Source: Raillietiella orientalis (lineage: Eukaryota). From it: DNA of 64,000 nucleotides. The position numbers and the translations under genes were made by a program. Below the pieces are notes generated by a model. The model made no database searches and had not been told where the DNA came from. It saw only the letters and a program-made list of their open reading frames with translations. The stretch is taken from positions 6,572,001 through 6,636,000 of the forward strand of contig JAYWIR010000003.1 of assembly GCA_036172245.1 (NCBI GenBank), written 5' to 3'. Positions 25,897 through 39,100 of this stretch are shown piece by piece. The number at the start of each line of letters is the position of its first letter. Within the stretch, counting starts at the first letter, position 1.

Positions 25897-28800
25897 AACC
25901 AACAAAGGTATCAGCCAAAGACCTCATGACATGCCAGGTGTTATAAAATATAGCGTGGAAGAACGCGTTGATTGCCGTCATGCCGGAGGATCAGAATTAT
26001 TTCATTCAGTAATGAAAATCCCGAGTTTTTTTTCTACGCCCGTTCATGGAGCACCAATTTTCCATGCATATGAAACTATTTCTCTGCAAGATGTGTACAG
26101 AAAGCAGCAGCGTGGTTTCAGGCACCGACAAAGCATACATCAGTGGTCCGTTACGGGGAACGGTGCCCCTTTTCCCAAACCAGAGCACACATTGCGAAAG
26201 GCGAAACCGAAGCACGGAAACGGTGCAACAGGTGGTTCCGTCAGGCTTACGAAACCCGATGAGCCTTTCAAAGGAGCTGCGTGACGGAGATTTAGAAACG
26301 CATTTGGCAAACCCCAGTTCATTATGAAACAGGAAGAATAATAAATTTCCCAATGAATCATTTCAATACGGGAAGGCATGCATAGCCGAGTTGTTTGCTC
26401 ACCAGACCTGAAGGATTCGCTCTTCGTTTCCCCACGAAAGCATTCCACAAGGCCCGATTTGCCCATTATTATTCGCAGAGACAACGTGTTGCAGCATTTT
26501 TTTTTTACCCGAGCTTAGGGGAGCCATTTAACAGCAGCGACTTGATCACCAACTATTGTGTAGTCGTATCTGGACGCATGCATCCCCCACGGGCGTGTGC
26601 ACGAGAGTCCAGCATGTCAACGCGAAATTCGTGTTGGCAGTTGGTTTGGTGTTGGACACGCAGATTTGTTGCTTCATTGAATCGATGGCGTGACGAATAT
26701 GTGCGTGACACGCGCGTTCGGTGCGTACTTCCCGCACCGAACGGCACGCATTTCGCTGAAGCCAGAGATCGTTCTCGTTCCCAGAAGTTCCCCGAACTGT
26801 GCACCAGGAAGCCTCCCGTCCATCATAGGGTACGTCTGATGACTCGGCGGGCTGGTGCACCCCGCGGCTTCCCTGCTGCTGGACCGCCGTTGCCAACAGG
26901 CTCCCCCGAGTTCCAGAAAGGTGACCTTGGGCTGTTGGAGAACCTGCAGCGATTCTTGCAACCATGGAAGAAAACCGTTCCCTCTTGAAGATCGAGCCAC
27001 GAGCACGTTGGCAAGGCATCGGTTTTGCACCGGAAGTAGAATGGCAGCGCTAACAGCAGTCTGGTTCCCGATTCTCGAGCAACCTGGGATGTTCAACCCG
27101 TTATCCCACGGGAAGAGGCTGGCGTAGGGACCTTCGGTTCGACTAGGTTGCTTTATTTTGGAGTATGGTGAAGAGGGGGGGGGGGCAAGATGGCTGTAAG
27201 AAACATTCTCAAAGAGTTTCGGAAAGCGTCAGTTGCAAGGAAGGGAACTGACTGAATCTGAAAGGTATTGAAATTAATTAATGGGACGAACCATCAAGGA
27301 GTCTCTCGCGCTTGCCCACGCCTTCTTCCCGTAAATAATTTGAAAATGGAAAATTCCATGAAATCGTTAAATAATTTCAATACTGAAAATCCAGTTGGAC
27401 AGCTCCCTACCTAATTTAGCTCAAGGAGTGCCTTCAAATTGAAGTGACCTGCCTGTATTAACTGCCTATGCATTTACAGTGGAAACGTCCGCTGTTAAAA
27501 TGCGTAGATTGCAGGAGAGAAAATAAATACGGCGATTAATAAAACATAAAATGAATGCTTCGGTTGTGAAACCAGCATTCCGTCTCCTGAGACCATGGTG
27601 TATGAAGCAGCTCGACTTGGATTCAAATGTGCGCAGCATCCGTGATTTTTCCCTCCAGGTTACCACGTAGTCTCTAGAAATTTGACCTTGTAGTCTTTCT
27701 ACTTGGCCATCTATTCGGGCAAAGAATGTAGTTCTACGGGATAAGTCGTTCTTGAAACACTCCTCCAAGAACTTTTACAGCTAGAAAATCAGTTTGACTA
27801 CATGGATGCACGGTGCACATGTGTGTAGCACCCATTGGTAAGCGCCCATCCAAGACCCGCACAATCTGCAGATCGCCTAATGCTTCCCTTCCTATTCATT
27901 TTTCTCTACCCGCTACTCAAAAAATCATCTGAGTGCTGCAATCCCGGCAGATCCGCTGATCTCAATCATCTGGGGGTTCAACCCCTACCCATGTTTCCTT
28001 TCTCCCCGATGCAAAGCGTGCGTGCCTATAATTCCTCCCTACACAATGATCGCACTCTCTGGCCTCGCTCCTCTCGTCCCTACGATTGGAAATTCGGCGT
28101 CCTAAAAGTGTGGGTATTGGTACACCAACACCAATACCCGAAAAGGCTTAACCGCCCCTGGCTCCCCAGCAACAGAAACCTGCCTTTCATCAAGAACGTT
28201 TAATAACCTCAAATGAAACTCGGGACGTCCCCATCGAAAAGATTCCGTCAGGGACTCTGTAGTTCTGACAGAGTTGTGGTTCACCATGACGATTCACGAT
28301 TTGATCTCGCCTTAATGGAAAACGGCATCCCTCTCTCTGTACATGCTGTCTCAATGTGGTTACTATCCGGAGTGTAGGGAAACAAAGGAAGGGTTACTTG
28401 GATGGTACCTATAACCCTGTCAGAAAAAACCTGTCAAGTGAATAGTTCCAAGAATGTACATTTGGGACGTGGGATCTTGCTCAGAGGCTCAGTTAATAGT
28501 TCATAAAGATAACATGATATTCGTTGCCCTCAAACAGTTGCACATCTTTTTACCGTTACCATTAGTTCCTGTACAGTGGAAGCTCGTCGTCATTCCGGTG
28601 TGTATCGACGAAAGCTGCTCCTCCTGCCAGAATCGGTTTCGTCTATTTTTTTTCCCCCTGCCTTTCACCGAACCCGTTTTCAAGCCTTGGTAAGATCTGC
28701 AAAAGGACCCAATAAGGCAGTGCGACCCTCGTGACAACCTGGGGTGAGGGAAAGAAGTTGCATCATCTGATCACTGCACAGCTGCCTTGGTGAACTTGCC

Positions 28801-31800
28801 TTAATGGAAATGGCGGAAGCTGCTTTAGCCTCGCAAGCAATCCCAAATGGAACACGTGGTTTGCAGGAAAACGATCACAAACACATGCACAACGTGCAGA
28901 GGGAAGCCAATTCAAGAAACCCAACCGGGGACAACATTGGTGTTAGAGAACTCCAGACGATGGGGTCAGAAGCCCCCGCGAAAGGAGGCTTCCCTGCAGA
29001 AGAGGTCAATCAACCAGAATGAAACGGAGATGGTTATCTTTACAAGCTTCCGGTCGATCACTCAACTGCATCTCGTTACATACATTATGTTTACGAGGAA
29101 TGAAATTATGAATAAAATGAATTTTCAGTGGGAAGTAGATCGTGTAAATATTTAATTTATATTTAAGCAAATTATAAATTATATGTGATTGCATAGCTTA
29201 AGTTATCATCATAATCTTAAACTCTCGAACCACCACCACACTGCTCCTTGGCGACACTTAATGATCATGTACGATTCTCACCAAACATGCATTGATTACA
29301 TTTCCACGAGCCCTTACCGAAGTGTATTTATACTGCCTATTCCTGCCATGCTGTATACAAATCTGTGAGTTTCCATATTCGCTTGATTAAAGGAATCTGT
29401 TGAAACCAATGCCACACTCCGGGTTGAGAGACGCTACCTGGGAACACGGTCCAGAAACCTGTTCGGAGCGAAAACCGCAGAGTCTTTCCATCTCTCCCTG
29501 TGGTCCAAGCAGTCGACCTCTTCTCGAAACGGCCAGAAAAGCTTCGTGCACGGCTCTGCAGCGGTTTTTGAAACCATCCACTCATCCCTGCAATGATCAA
29601 GAGGCTTTTCCCTGTTGCAGACGATACATACATCTTGAGCGGACTGTTTCGAGGAGAACCAATGAATCCTAGAAGGAAACAGAATACCTACTTGCATTTT
29701 TCGTAGTTCATTTCTGTGCTCTTTCTGTCCTTCGTTTTGATAGCCAAAAAAAATTGGCATCCTTTTTTTTTTTTTTTCTGAGCTCTCGCTAAAAAAACAA
29801 AATGAGCTGGCATTTCCGATCCCGGTGAGAACAACCTTGCGACCTGGGATGCCGTGCCTGGAAGCTTTTGCTTTGAAAACGCAACCCATGTTGTCTGATC
29901 AAAGCATTAAGAATTTGTGAGGCCGAAAGACGCGGAACCGTCCCATCCCTGTCGCAGACCTCCTTCGTGATTCAGACGCTGGAAAAGCTGCCTACGCCGA
30001 TGGATTGGGAAGGCGGAAATGGCTCTTACAGCGAAGAGAGTATGGGTTCATCAAAGATCAGGAATTCGTGAGGGGGGCAAGGAAAAGATCAACCCAAAGG
30101 AAGGAAGGAAGCGTTCACTCACGTGGACGCTTCTAAAATAGCTATCTCGTTTTCAGAAGGCAATATCGTTTGGCAGGAAGAAAAAGGGGAACCAAAAAAC
30201 ATGTAATGGTCAAGGAACGCTGCTGGCCAAAACGGATTTCTTCGAGAACTTCTGTCTGAAGATGCATACATTTCGTGAAAGTGAGGTCAGATCGTCCTTC
30301 CCTATTGCTCAAAGTAAGACTCCCTTTGTGATCATGACGACCACAGAGGCGTTCGCTCCATTTACTGAGTAATTATAGAGATCCAATGGTCTTTGGGGAG
30401 TTTCACAGTTCTCACAAGGGCAGCTCCAGAGAAGCCAGAATCAGTATCTAAAAAATGCAAACGATGTCAACACAGAAGACGATTACAGACCTTACTATCC
30501 AAGGATGAGATTCTCGCTGGGAAGACGGCAAGCTGAAACCTCGAAACGACGGGACAGACGTCTCAGAGCGATCGACATTCAGTATCCTGCAGATCGGTTG
30601 GATGAGTACTGCATCTTGTCTGGCATCTCAGATCAGCAGATTGGCTTAGGTTCAAGTGTAACATTAAAGTCAGCATTTGGATTGTCCATCCATTTTCTAA
30701 TCTAAGAAGCAGTTTTGCTGGCTAGGATTTCAAAATCATCGATGCGGAGGAGGTGAGTGAAAGAGTCAGCACTTTCTACAGATTAATGGCTACATAAATA
30801 AGAACAACCGTGAATACAACGAGTCACTTGAGGCTGTTCTTTGCAGACTGCTTGTTGCATTCCCCTTTTGTTACATTCGATTTTATGGCTTCGAGTTTTC
30901 GAGATGCTTTTTCTGAAACTCTTCCTCAAGGCGAAACTGCAACTCGGAGGGCTCATCTCTCTCCTCCCCGCTGCATCCACAACGCAAAAAGAAAAAACAG
31001 AGCAAAAGGACTGAAACCGCCTCAACCAACGCATGCTAAACATTTGCGCTCATCATTGGAGAAGAAATAAGAGAGCATAGGCACGCACATGATATAACAT
31101 TAGCGATAGACACATGCTCCCACGAAAAACGGCTCATTTTAATTTTAGGAGGAATGATCTTCCGCAATTCTCCCCTGGTCTGATCCTTTTTGAGCTGTAG
31201 CACCATCTGTAAATTCAGCAAGGAAGGCACAGGTGCATTCAGTAACATTGTGATGCAGATGTAAAAATTGCACTATGATTAAGGAAATACATTAAATTAT
31301 AACGTCCCCTGATTAATACTTCAGATACTTGGGATGTGCAAGGAGCAAAGACTCCGAATCTAGAGCCAAAGACCGAACATGGTTACTGGAAATCCATGAG
31401 GAGGGAATTTCTTTCCCCTGTTCTTAATTTTGTTGGTATCAAAGAATGCCTCGTTCTTACTAACAAGCAGTTTCGTCGGTAATATGTTCATTATGCAAGC
31501 ATCGATTCTCATTTATTATGGAAGCAGGATGTAGCAAACTAATACCATCCAATGGGAAGATCATTGAACTTGTTCTTTGAAAACAGTGACAAGTTAACAA
31601 GCGGTTCTTCCTGTCCATTCAGATCCTTCTCATGACCTACGATGCAAAGCAAAGGAAGAGACGGTCCACACAGTAGTATGAGTGGAACCGAGTTTCTCAC
31701 TTGCCTCTTTAATAAATCCATCAACAGTATCTTTCGAGTTGCCAAAAAAAGCTAAAGGCAAAAATTTCTTTCGTCAGTAATAACTTTCGTGTATATAATA

Positions 31801-34800
31801 TATATATATATATATGCCTGCTCCAGCTCAAGATACATATATATATGTGTGTGTGTATATTGAGAAGCTTATTATCCGCCATTCTTGAAGGCAACCGCTC
31901 AAAATAGCACTTCAAAACAGCAAGGGATGGAAAACATGAAGCTCCGATTGGAACAAACGACTTTCGCCACAGATAATGGTGTTGCGACACACCTCGCGTA
32001 AGCTTCCTTTTACAGTAGTGGCAAAACTTTTCAAATGGAGCTGATAAGCCTGGAAGCTGCTCCCGCCGTAACCTCGCGCTTTGTGCGAAGCCTATTTGCT
32101 GACCGTAAAAATCAACTGCAGACGACCGAGGCAGGAAAGCAGCGAGAAGCACCCATAAACATAAATCTCCCGGTGCTATTAATGCCGAGAGGAGCTTCGG
32201 CAAAAATTCCCGTCAGTCACGTTCAGACGCCGCCTCGGGAAAAAAAAAACGGGATTTTTTTTTTTTTTTTTTTTCGGAAAAAAAGGGCGTCGCGACGGAA
32301 GGGGCCGCCGCGCGCGCATGGGGGTTCGGCCGGAGATCCTACCGACTCTTCCGCTGCCTGCGCCCCATGGTCAGGCTCCTAACCTGTGCCTGAAGGGGGA
32401 TCGGAAAGTCCCGAGCAAGCTGGGTGACTCCTGTGCATCAGCAACAAGTCGATTCCCCCCCCTTGGCGATCGGAAACGGGAATACCCGTGGCGGCTTCAT
32501 CGTCCCGAGAGCAAACCGGTTGCCAGCACGTGAAAGAATACGTTCCGCGGCTGAAAGAAAAAGCTCCCGAGTTTCCCTCCCGAGTTCCTCGGGAACTTCT
32601 TCTCGCGTTGCTGGCCAGAACCTGGACGAAGATTTTTTCTCCTGCAGGTCCTTTCTAGCTGCGGCCGTTGCTTGAAAAAAGAAAAAAATCTCGAGAGAGA
32701 GAGATGTGATCTCGAAAAGGTGCGAGTCCTCTGCAGGACGACTTTGGACGAGGAAAAATCTAACAAGAACAAACTCCTCCAAGGGCGTTTTCCTCAGACT
32801 GTGTTCTTTTCCAGTTCTGTCCATCATCGTTTTCGCAAGCATCGTCGGAGAAATGCGTCCATCTTAGCAGAAGGTCCCCCCCTCCTCCTCCTCCCCTTAA
32901 GAATCCCAACCAAACTTTAGACATTCTTTGATCGCGAAGGAGGAAAAAGCTTTGGTCGAGCACTGCCCTACGGACCAGGCTCTTTTGTTTCCAATAGTTC
33001 CTCGTTCCCATTCCCGGCCTCATACTTCGAACGGGAAGCGGAAAAGCCGCCCTGTGCACCCTCATTTGGGGGAGGGAGGGAGCACTTTCGATGGAGGTGC
33101 TCACTTGAGAGGGCCCAGCCCGGTGGCTTTCGTAGAGCATCGAGATCTGAAAGGTCCTTGCGTGTTCCGCATGGAGAAAACAACCCATGAGCGTGTAGCA
33201 TATAAGGAATCTAAAGGAAGACTGCATCCACGGCTGATCAGGTGTTCCTCTTTCTGCAAAGCCGCGCTTCTCCGTAACCATGTGGTTAGAAGATTCCTGG
33301 GGGGGAGGAGAGCACATGCAACATGGCTGTCTCTGTACAAACCAGCTTCATGCCCCACTATCCGTCTCACCAACCGTCGCTTGAGCACAGCCGGTTTCGT
33401 GGAAATCAATAGGCAAACACTTCCATTCGAACAAAGGCCCACGTGGGAAAAGTGCGGCTCAAGGGGACAAAAGAAACGGCGCAATTCAAAAGCATCGCGG
33501 CTTCTGTTCCGCATGGAGCTCCGGAGGGCAAAGAAAGCACCGCAGCGTGACCAGAGCAGCTCGAAGGACGTGCCGTGCAAGAAGAGGTGTCCTCGCGCTG
33601 GCGTCTTTGCCGTCTTCCCCACGGCCACAAACGAACCACCGCGCTTCCTCCCGTCGTAACCTCGAATTACCGTCGAGAATGGTAGGCGCAAGCGCCGACC
33701 CATTGTACGTCCTGCGTCGAACCAAAAGGAGCGTTCTTTCAAACGGGGCCTTCCTGTGACCGCTCCCTCTTTTTCCTTTGCTGCTGTTGGCCATCGGCAA
33801 TTCCCAGGGAAGAGGCAGAGCTCTCCGAATCAGGCGACTTGACCGGAAGCTCCGAATCTGCTCGTGCGACGGGCAACTTTGGAGTGGGCAGCACGCTGCG
33901 CTGCTGCCGATTTATTGAGCGCCGGCCACGTCGGGCAGGTCCACCTCACTGGTGACCTCAACAGATGCAGAGCGAAAGGATACGCAATTCTTGGGCAGCA
34001 GATGCCTGCATTTCCTGCCAGCAGTACTCCACGGCGTGCGGATGCTGCGCTCCACGCAGCACCTCCTCGCCTTGGCTACCTCTATTTTTAGACCAACTTC
34101 CGGTTCGTGAACTCGGAAGTCGCTTCCCCCTGGCGCTCCGTCGCGGTGTGACTACCGCGCGCGTGGGGTACGACACTCCGGTCCTTGGACGCCTCTCTCA
34201 CGAAAAACACGAGAAGGGACGAAGCTTCGGACGTTCGGGGGAGACGACGTGTTCCTCTGCTCCGGGAAGGGACCGCAGGGTTCACGCTGCTCGAATGACC
34301 ACCGCCGAATTCTCGTCTTTACAAGCATTTTTTTTTTTTTCCTGGCAGTTTCTGCACATCACTCGAGTGGACGTCGGGCGTCACTCGCTCTCCACGGATA
34401 CAGAAGAAACTCGAACGGATACGTCAACCAACGCCCTTTGTACAGCACTTCCGGGAGTTTCAGCCTCGAAATCCGGAAGTGGTAAAGGCCTTTTTGTTAA
34501 ACACCGTGCGTCCCTCGGTATCCCTGTCCAGACAGACCGAGCGTTTGAGCTGCACCCAAGAGCGCCTGTCCGGTCCGCCTGCGTGGAAAACGGCAGCTGG
34601 GCATCCGACAAAACGGCAGCAGCCCGTCTCCTTTACCTCTTGCCCGCCTCCTCCCATTTTCCCGCCCAGGACTCCACCTACACAGCTGACGCAGGTACGC
34701 GGCTTTCTGGCAGGTCGATTCGTTCGGCTACGTGGAAACAGCAGGGAGTCGGCTGTGTGTGTGTCCTCGACGGAGACAAAGAGAACCGTTCCCGTGAACG

Positions 34801-36188
34801 CTGGCGCTGCGTAAATCAGCAGCCCTTTCTCCGGTTCACGACACAAACGCAGAAGCATCAATTGCCTGCCGCATCGCTAGCACCTGGGTTGAGTTACTCC
34901 GCCCGTAAACGAGACAGCCACCCCTCGACAGCTGATTTTTGACCTCCAACATCGTGACTGCCCGCCTTTTATTATTCAACAACCGACACTTTCCGGCATA
35001 CGGTAGCATCAACTCCGGCGACGGAGCACCAATGCAGTAAGCATCATTCATCACCACCACTCACCCACTGGGCATACAGTCACAGACCGCGGAACTTGCA
35101 GCAGATTTTGCAAGAGAGAGAGAGAGAGAAAAACACTTGAATGTTGGGGAGCAATAGAGAAATCACCAGTTTTCAAAGAACTGCATCTCACATGCCCGTG
35201 GATAATGACAGCGTGATTAAATCAGGGCACAGAAAACAGCCGACCTGCCCGAAGGCTGCCCTAACAAGCAGCACTTTTTTTTTTTTCTTTCTTTTTTTAT
35301 GAGCGCCCAAAGTTGCTGTTAGAAAGCGCGCAGTGGCAGTGTTTGTTGCTTTCCAATCGCCGTAACTGTCAGGAGAGCCGAGAGAATCCCCATGCAGCAG
35401 CTGGGGAACAAAGACGCGTGAAAGTTCTTTCAGGAGGAGAACGCCAGGCTCCCCCGCATACACGCGCGGGGGCGGAGGTGGTGGCCGGGGAACGACGCTC
35501 TGTGCCCGCAGATCGGCGTCCGAACCTGCGACCTGGAAACCTGCCACGGAAACCACCACCACCACAGCACGAGTGGGGTCTTCACCCGGAGCCGTGTGAC
35601 CGCCTGGGCAAACCCGAAGCTCGGAAACCACATCCGACGAATCCCACGCTTTTCCAAGCTTCCAGCACCCTCACCCGGACACCCGGAAGGGCGGCGCACG
35701 ACCCCGAAACTCGTGATCAGGAAGCAGCTGCTGCGGATGCGGGTCCACCGCGCGCGGGGCACTGCCATCTCGTCCCCATCCGAAAACACGCGGGGCACAC
35801 CGAAACCGGGAGCGTGTGGAGAGGACACCTGCGTGCCGCTGCGATGCGCCAAGACACTTGGCACAGCCCGGCTCGGCCAGTTTGTTGAACCGGATCCACT
35901 CCTTGGCAATTCCAGGAGCACAAACGGGGCACGAACCATGGAGATCCGCACAAAAGGAAACACTTGGCGGATTCTCACAGAGTGCCAAACAGAATGGAAT
36001 GGAATTCAAACTTTCCAGCTGGCAATTTTTTCAATAATTTAATTTTACAAACATATTCTACGAATATGACTTTGGGAGATTCCATTTGACAAAAGGGCAT
36101 ATAACTTAATGTATTTACACAATATCACTGTTGGATTTTCCAATTAGAGAACTGGCAGTGGCGATACGATTTTATCACAAAAGCTTCT

Positions 36189-39100
36189 TCATGGAGGAAG
36201 ATGACTCATTGTCAAATTTGATTTACTAGCCTGAAAGAAACACTATGATCACATCCAGGTACACACACACACACACTTCGATCTAACCGTTTGCAATATG
36301 AAATTATCATAAATATTCATAAGCTCTTCCATCTTGTATTCTTCCAGGCAAACGAAGTTTTCTAAATGCACTGACTGCTTTTTGGCGCAATTTTGGCAGT
36401 AAACAACATGTTTTTTATCTTGTTCTTTCACAAAGAGTATGTTGAACACTTCAACCTGCAATGCAAATTGGAGGCCCTTCAAAGCACATCTGAACTGAAA
36501 TTTCACAGCTCAATGAGCTTGAACATATCACTCCAGCTCTAAACATTAAAGAACCGCTGAATTAATTTCCATGTCTACACATGAATCAAAAGCATGCTAA
36601 CTGACGTAGTTGTTTGCTGTGAGAAAACAATTCAAATAAGCATGTAACTTACTTCACAGTGATTACAGTAATGAGAAGCTTCATTTTTTCCTCTTCCATG
36701 AAAACGAGGTTTTATACCCAGAGAATTGACAAACTCAATAGTCAGCTGACACTGAACTAGAGTACGTAGCAAACAGTACCTTGAAAAACAGAGAATAGTA
36801 TATCGACAAGCACAACACAAAATTAAAATCTATAGTCTGGTGACTTACTTGATGAGTTCATACAGCTTTGGCTCAGAAATTCTCACATTTCTTGCAACAT
36901 TCCATGATAAATGGATCATGGGCACAATTGATTTGAAGTGATGCAGTTTGTTCCACTCATAACGTTCAACAGCCAACCGATATTGAGCAGCATTTAATGG
37001 TCCAACATTCCAAGCAATGTTATTACACCAACCAATAGCTTGGACCCAGTGAATACACCCTGAATTCACCCAGATGAGATCCCCGGGTTTCTGCACAAAA
37101 CGATACATAGGAACTTTAGCTTTATAGAGATCTTCTGCAAGTGGCCACCATGATCCATGCAAAAAGCTTATATTTCGTTCTTCACAAAGATTGTGAATAA
37201 CTCCCCAATAAGGTTCCGGAACTGCGAACCATTCACAGTCTCCTGGACCAATATTAATATTTACAGAGCAAAAATTGTTGTTCTCTTGATGGCCAGGTGT
37301 TCTGCTTCCAGGAACTTTCATATACAACTGCACAGAATTCATCCCAAGAATGGTGTGACCAACATGTGAAAGCATATTTGATGCAGAGATAATTTTTGTA
37401 AAAACAGGAAGTTTCATAAGTTCTTCCAACTGTAGTTTCCATTTACGCTCATCAGACAAATCCACATTGGTCCCAAACTTGATTATCTTTCTACCATTGA
37501 TAAAGCGGCAACGTTTAGATTTGTGGCCACTCTCCTCGGAATTCCTCTCCTTGGATTGCAACTTCTCTTGTTCTTCCTAAAAAAAAGAAAAAACCAATAA
37601 GCACGACTCAATAAAAGGACAAACATAACTTTTAGACTTTCTTGGAAGCTGGCTGCCTGATATTGTGCGTATTTAGCAATTGTTGCATAAGAGCGACTGC
37701 TTTCACAGCGCCATCCTTGTCTACCTAATTGAAAATCCCAATTTTCTTCTGAAGGCTGCTGCAACTGGGCTCTGACCTCAATCAAATGATCAGAATTTGT
37801 TTCCACCAACGTTTTAGTTGAGAACAATCCCAAATCTAAACATAATGTAAAGAAAAAAGAAGGATGGATGCTGATCAATACTGACCAAGCTTTAGAGCTG
37901 CAGCAATACCACGAACAACTGCAATAGGATGCATCAGACAGAATTCTTTCAGCTTTGGGCTAAATGCATCCTTCTTACTATCTATGTACACACTTGGTGT
38001 ACATGGGAGAAGTTCCTCAGGCAAAAGCTTCTGACTTGGGGGGTCAGGCAACATAGGAGGAGGACATTTTTCAAAAATTATAGAGGTTATTCCGTTTTCA
38101 CCCATTTTTCGACATGCTGTAACAAGCTGTGAAGCACTTAAATTAATTGAAAATGAAGCTGGAATCTTAGGAATAAGTAAGTCAGGCTTTCGCACTAAAA
38201 GATCAGCATGAGTATCAGTTAACTCTCCTTCCGAATTCGGTTTTGCACTATGTTCCGTCCCCAAAAAATTCGTATGGAAACTGGGACTCATTTGCATATT
38301 TTCGGCATTTTCAAGATCCTGAGTGAACTGTTTAAGCAAATCTTCAGCTAAAGAAGTGGCTATATCCTTTTGTGACAAAAGTGCTTGAAGTTCCTGCTCA
38401 CTGACACCAATCTCGTTTTTGATGGAACTCTCTGCTGTGTCCTAAGATGAAATTATGAATTTTGTTAAAAAAAATCTGCACATCAAGAATCAGAAGAAGG
38501 CACTTACATAAATTTCTGGCGGAAATCCATCACAAGACTGATGCTGCTGTTTGAGATTCTGTGGTGCAATCATCAACCTAAGATTAAAACTCAGTATGAA
38601 AGACTCGAAAAATTCACAAACACATACTTGTAACTTTGCATCAATTGATTCAAAAGATTATGCTCTTCTGGGGAGAGATGAAGACGGTTCTGCAACAATG
38701 TATTCATAAGATTTATTTGCTGCTGATTAAGCACATTTGGCAGTGGAAAATTCACCAAGTCATTCATCTGAAACAAGGAAAGCAACGAAATTATTAAATG
38801 CGCATTAACACATAGAACACGATTCAACAAACAAACAAAAAAAGAAAGTACTCAACAAAATGATTATTAACAGATAAAATGGGATTTCTAAAGTGACGAC
38901 TGCTGAAACATCGGGAATTGTCAAGTAAAGAATTCTTAAGCATATAAAGGATCAAAAACTATCCAGTACGAACAGATAAGGATGATCACAAACTACTTCA
39001 GTAATCATATAACCAAGTACCCTGAAACTTTCGAGGGAAAAAGTAGCTTTGAAAAATCAAGGAACAATCAACTACTAAATCATGCTTAGCACCTGCTTAT

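Noticed and set aside
28760..29020. IPNG / RKTITNTCTTCRGKP resembling a BEL/Pao integrase zinc region
   Set aside because: It needs a frameshift and rests on a few residues, and no integrase core follows. An HMM search would be needed.
32400..36050. ORFs of 180-325 aa on both strands
   Set aside because: No recognisable motifs, they are interrupted by homopolymer-derived poly-F/K runs, and the background is GC-rich.
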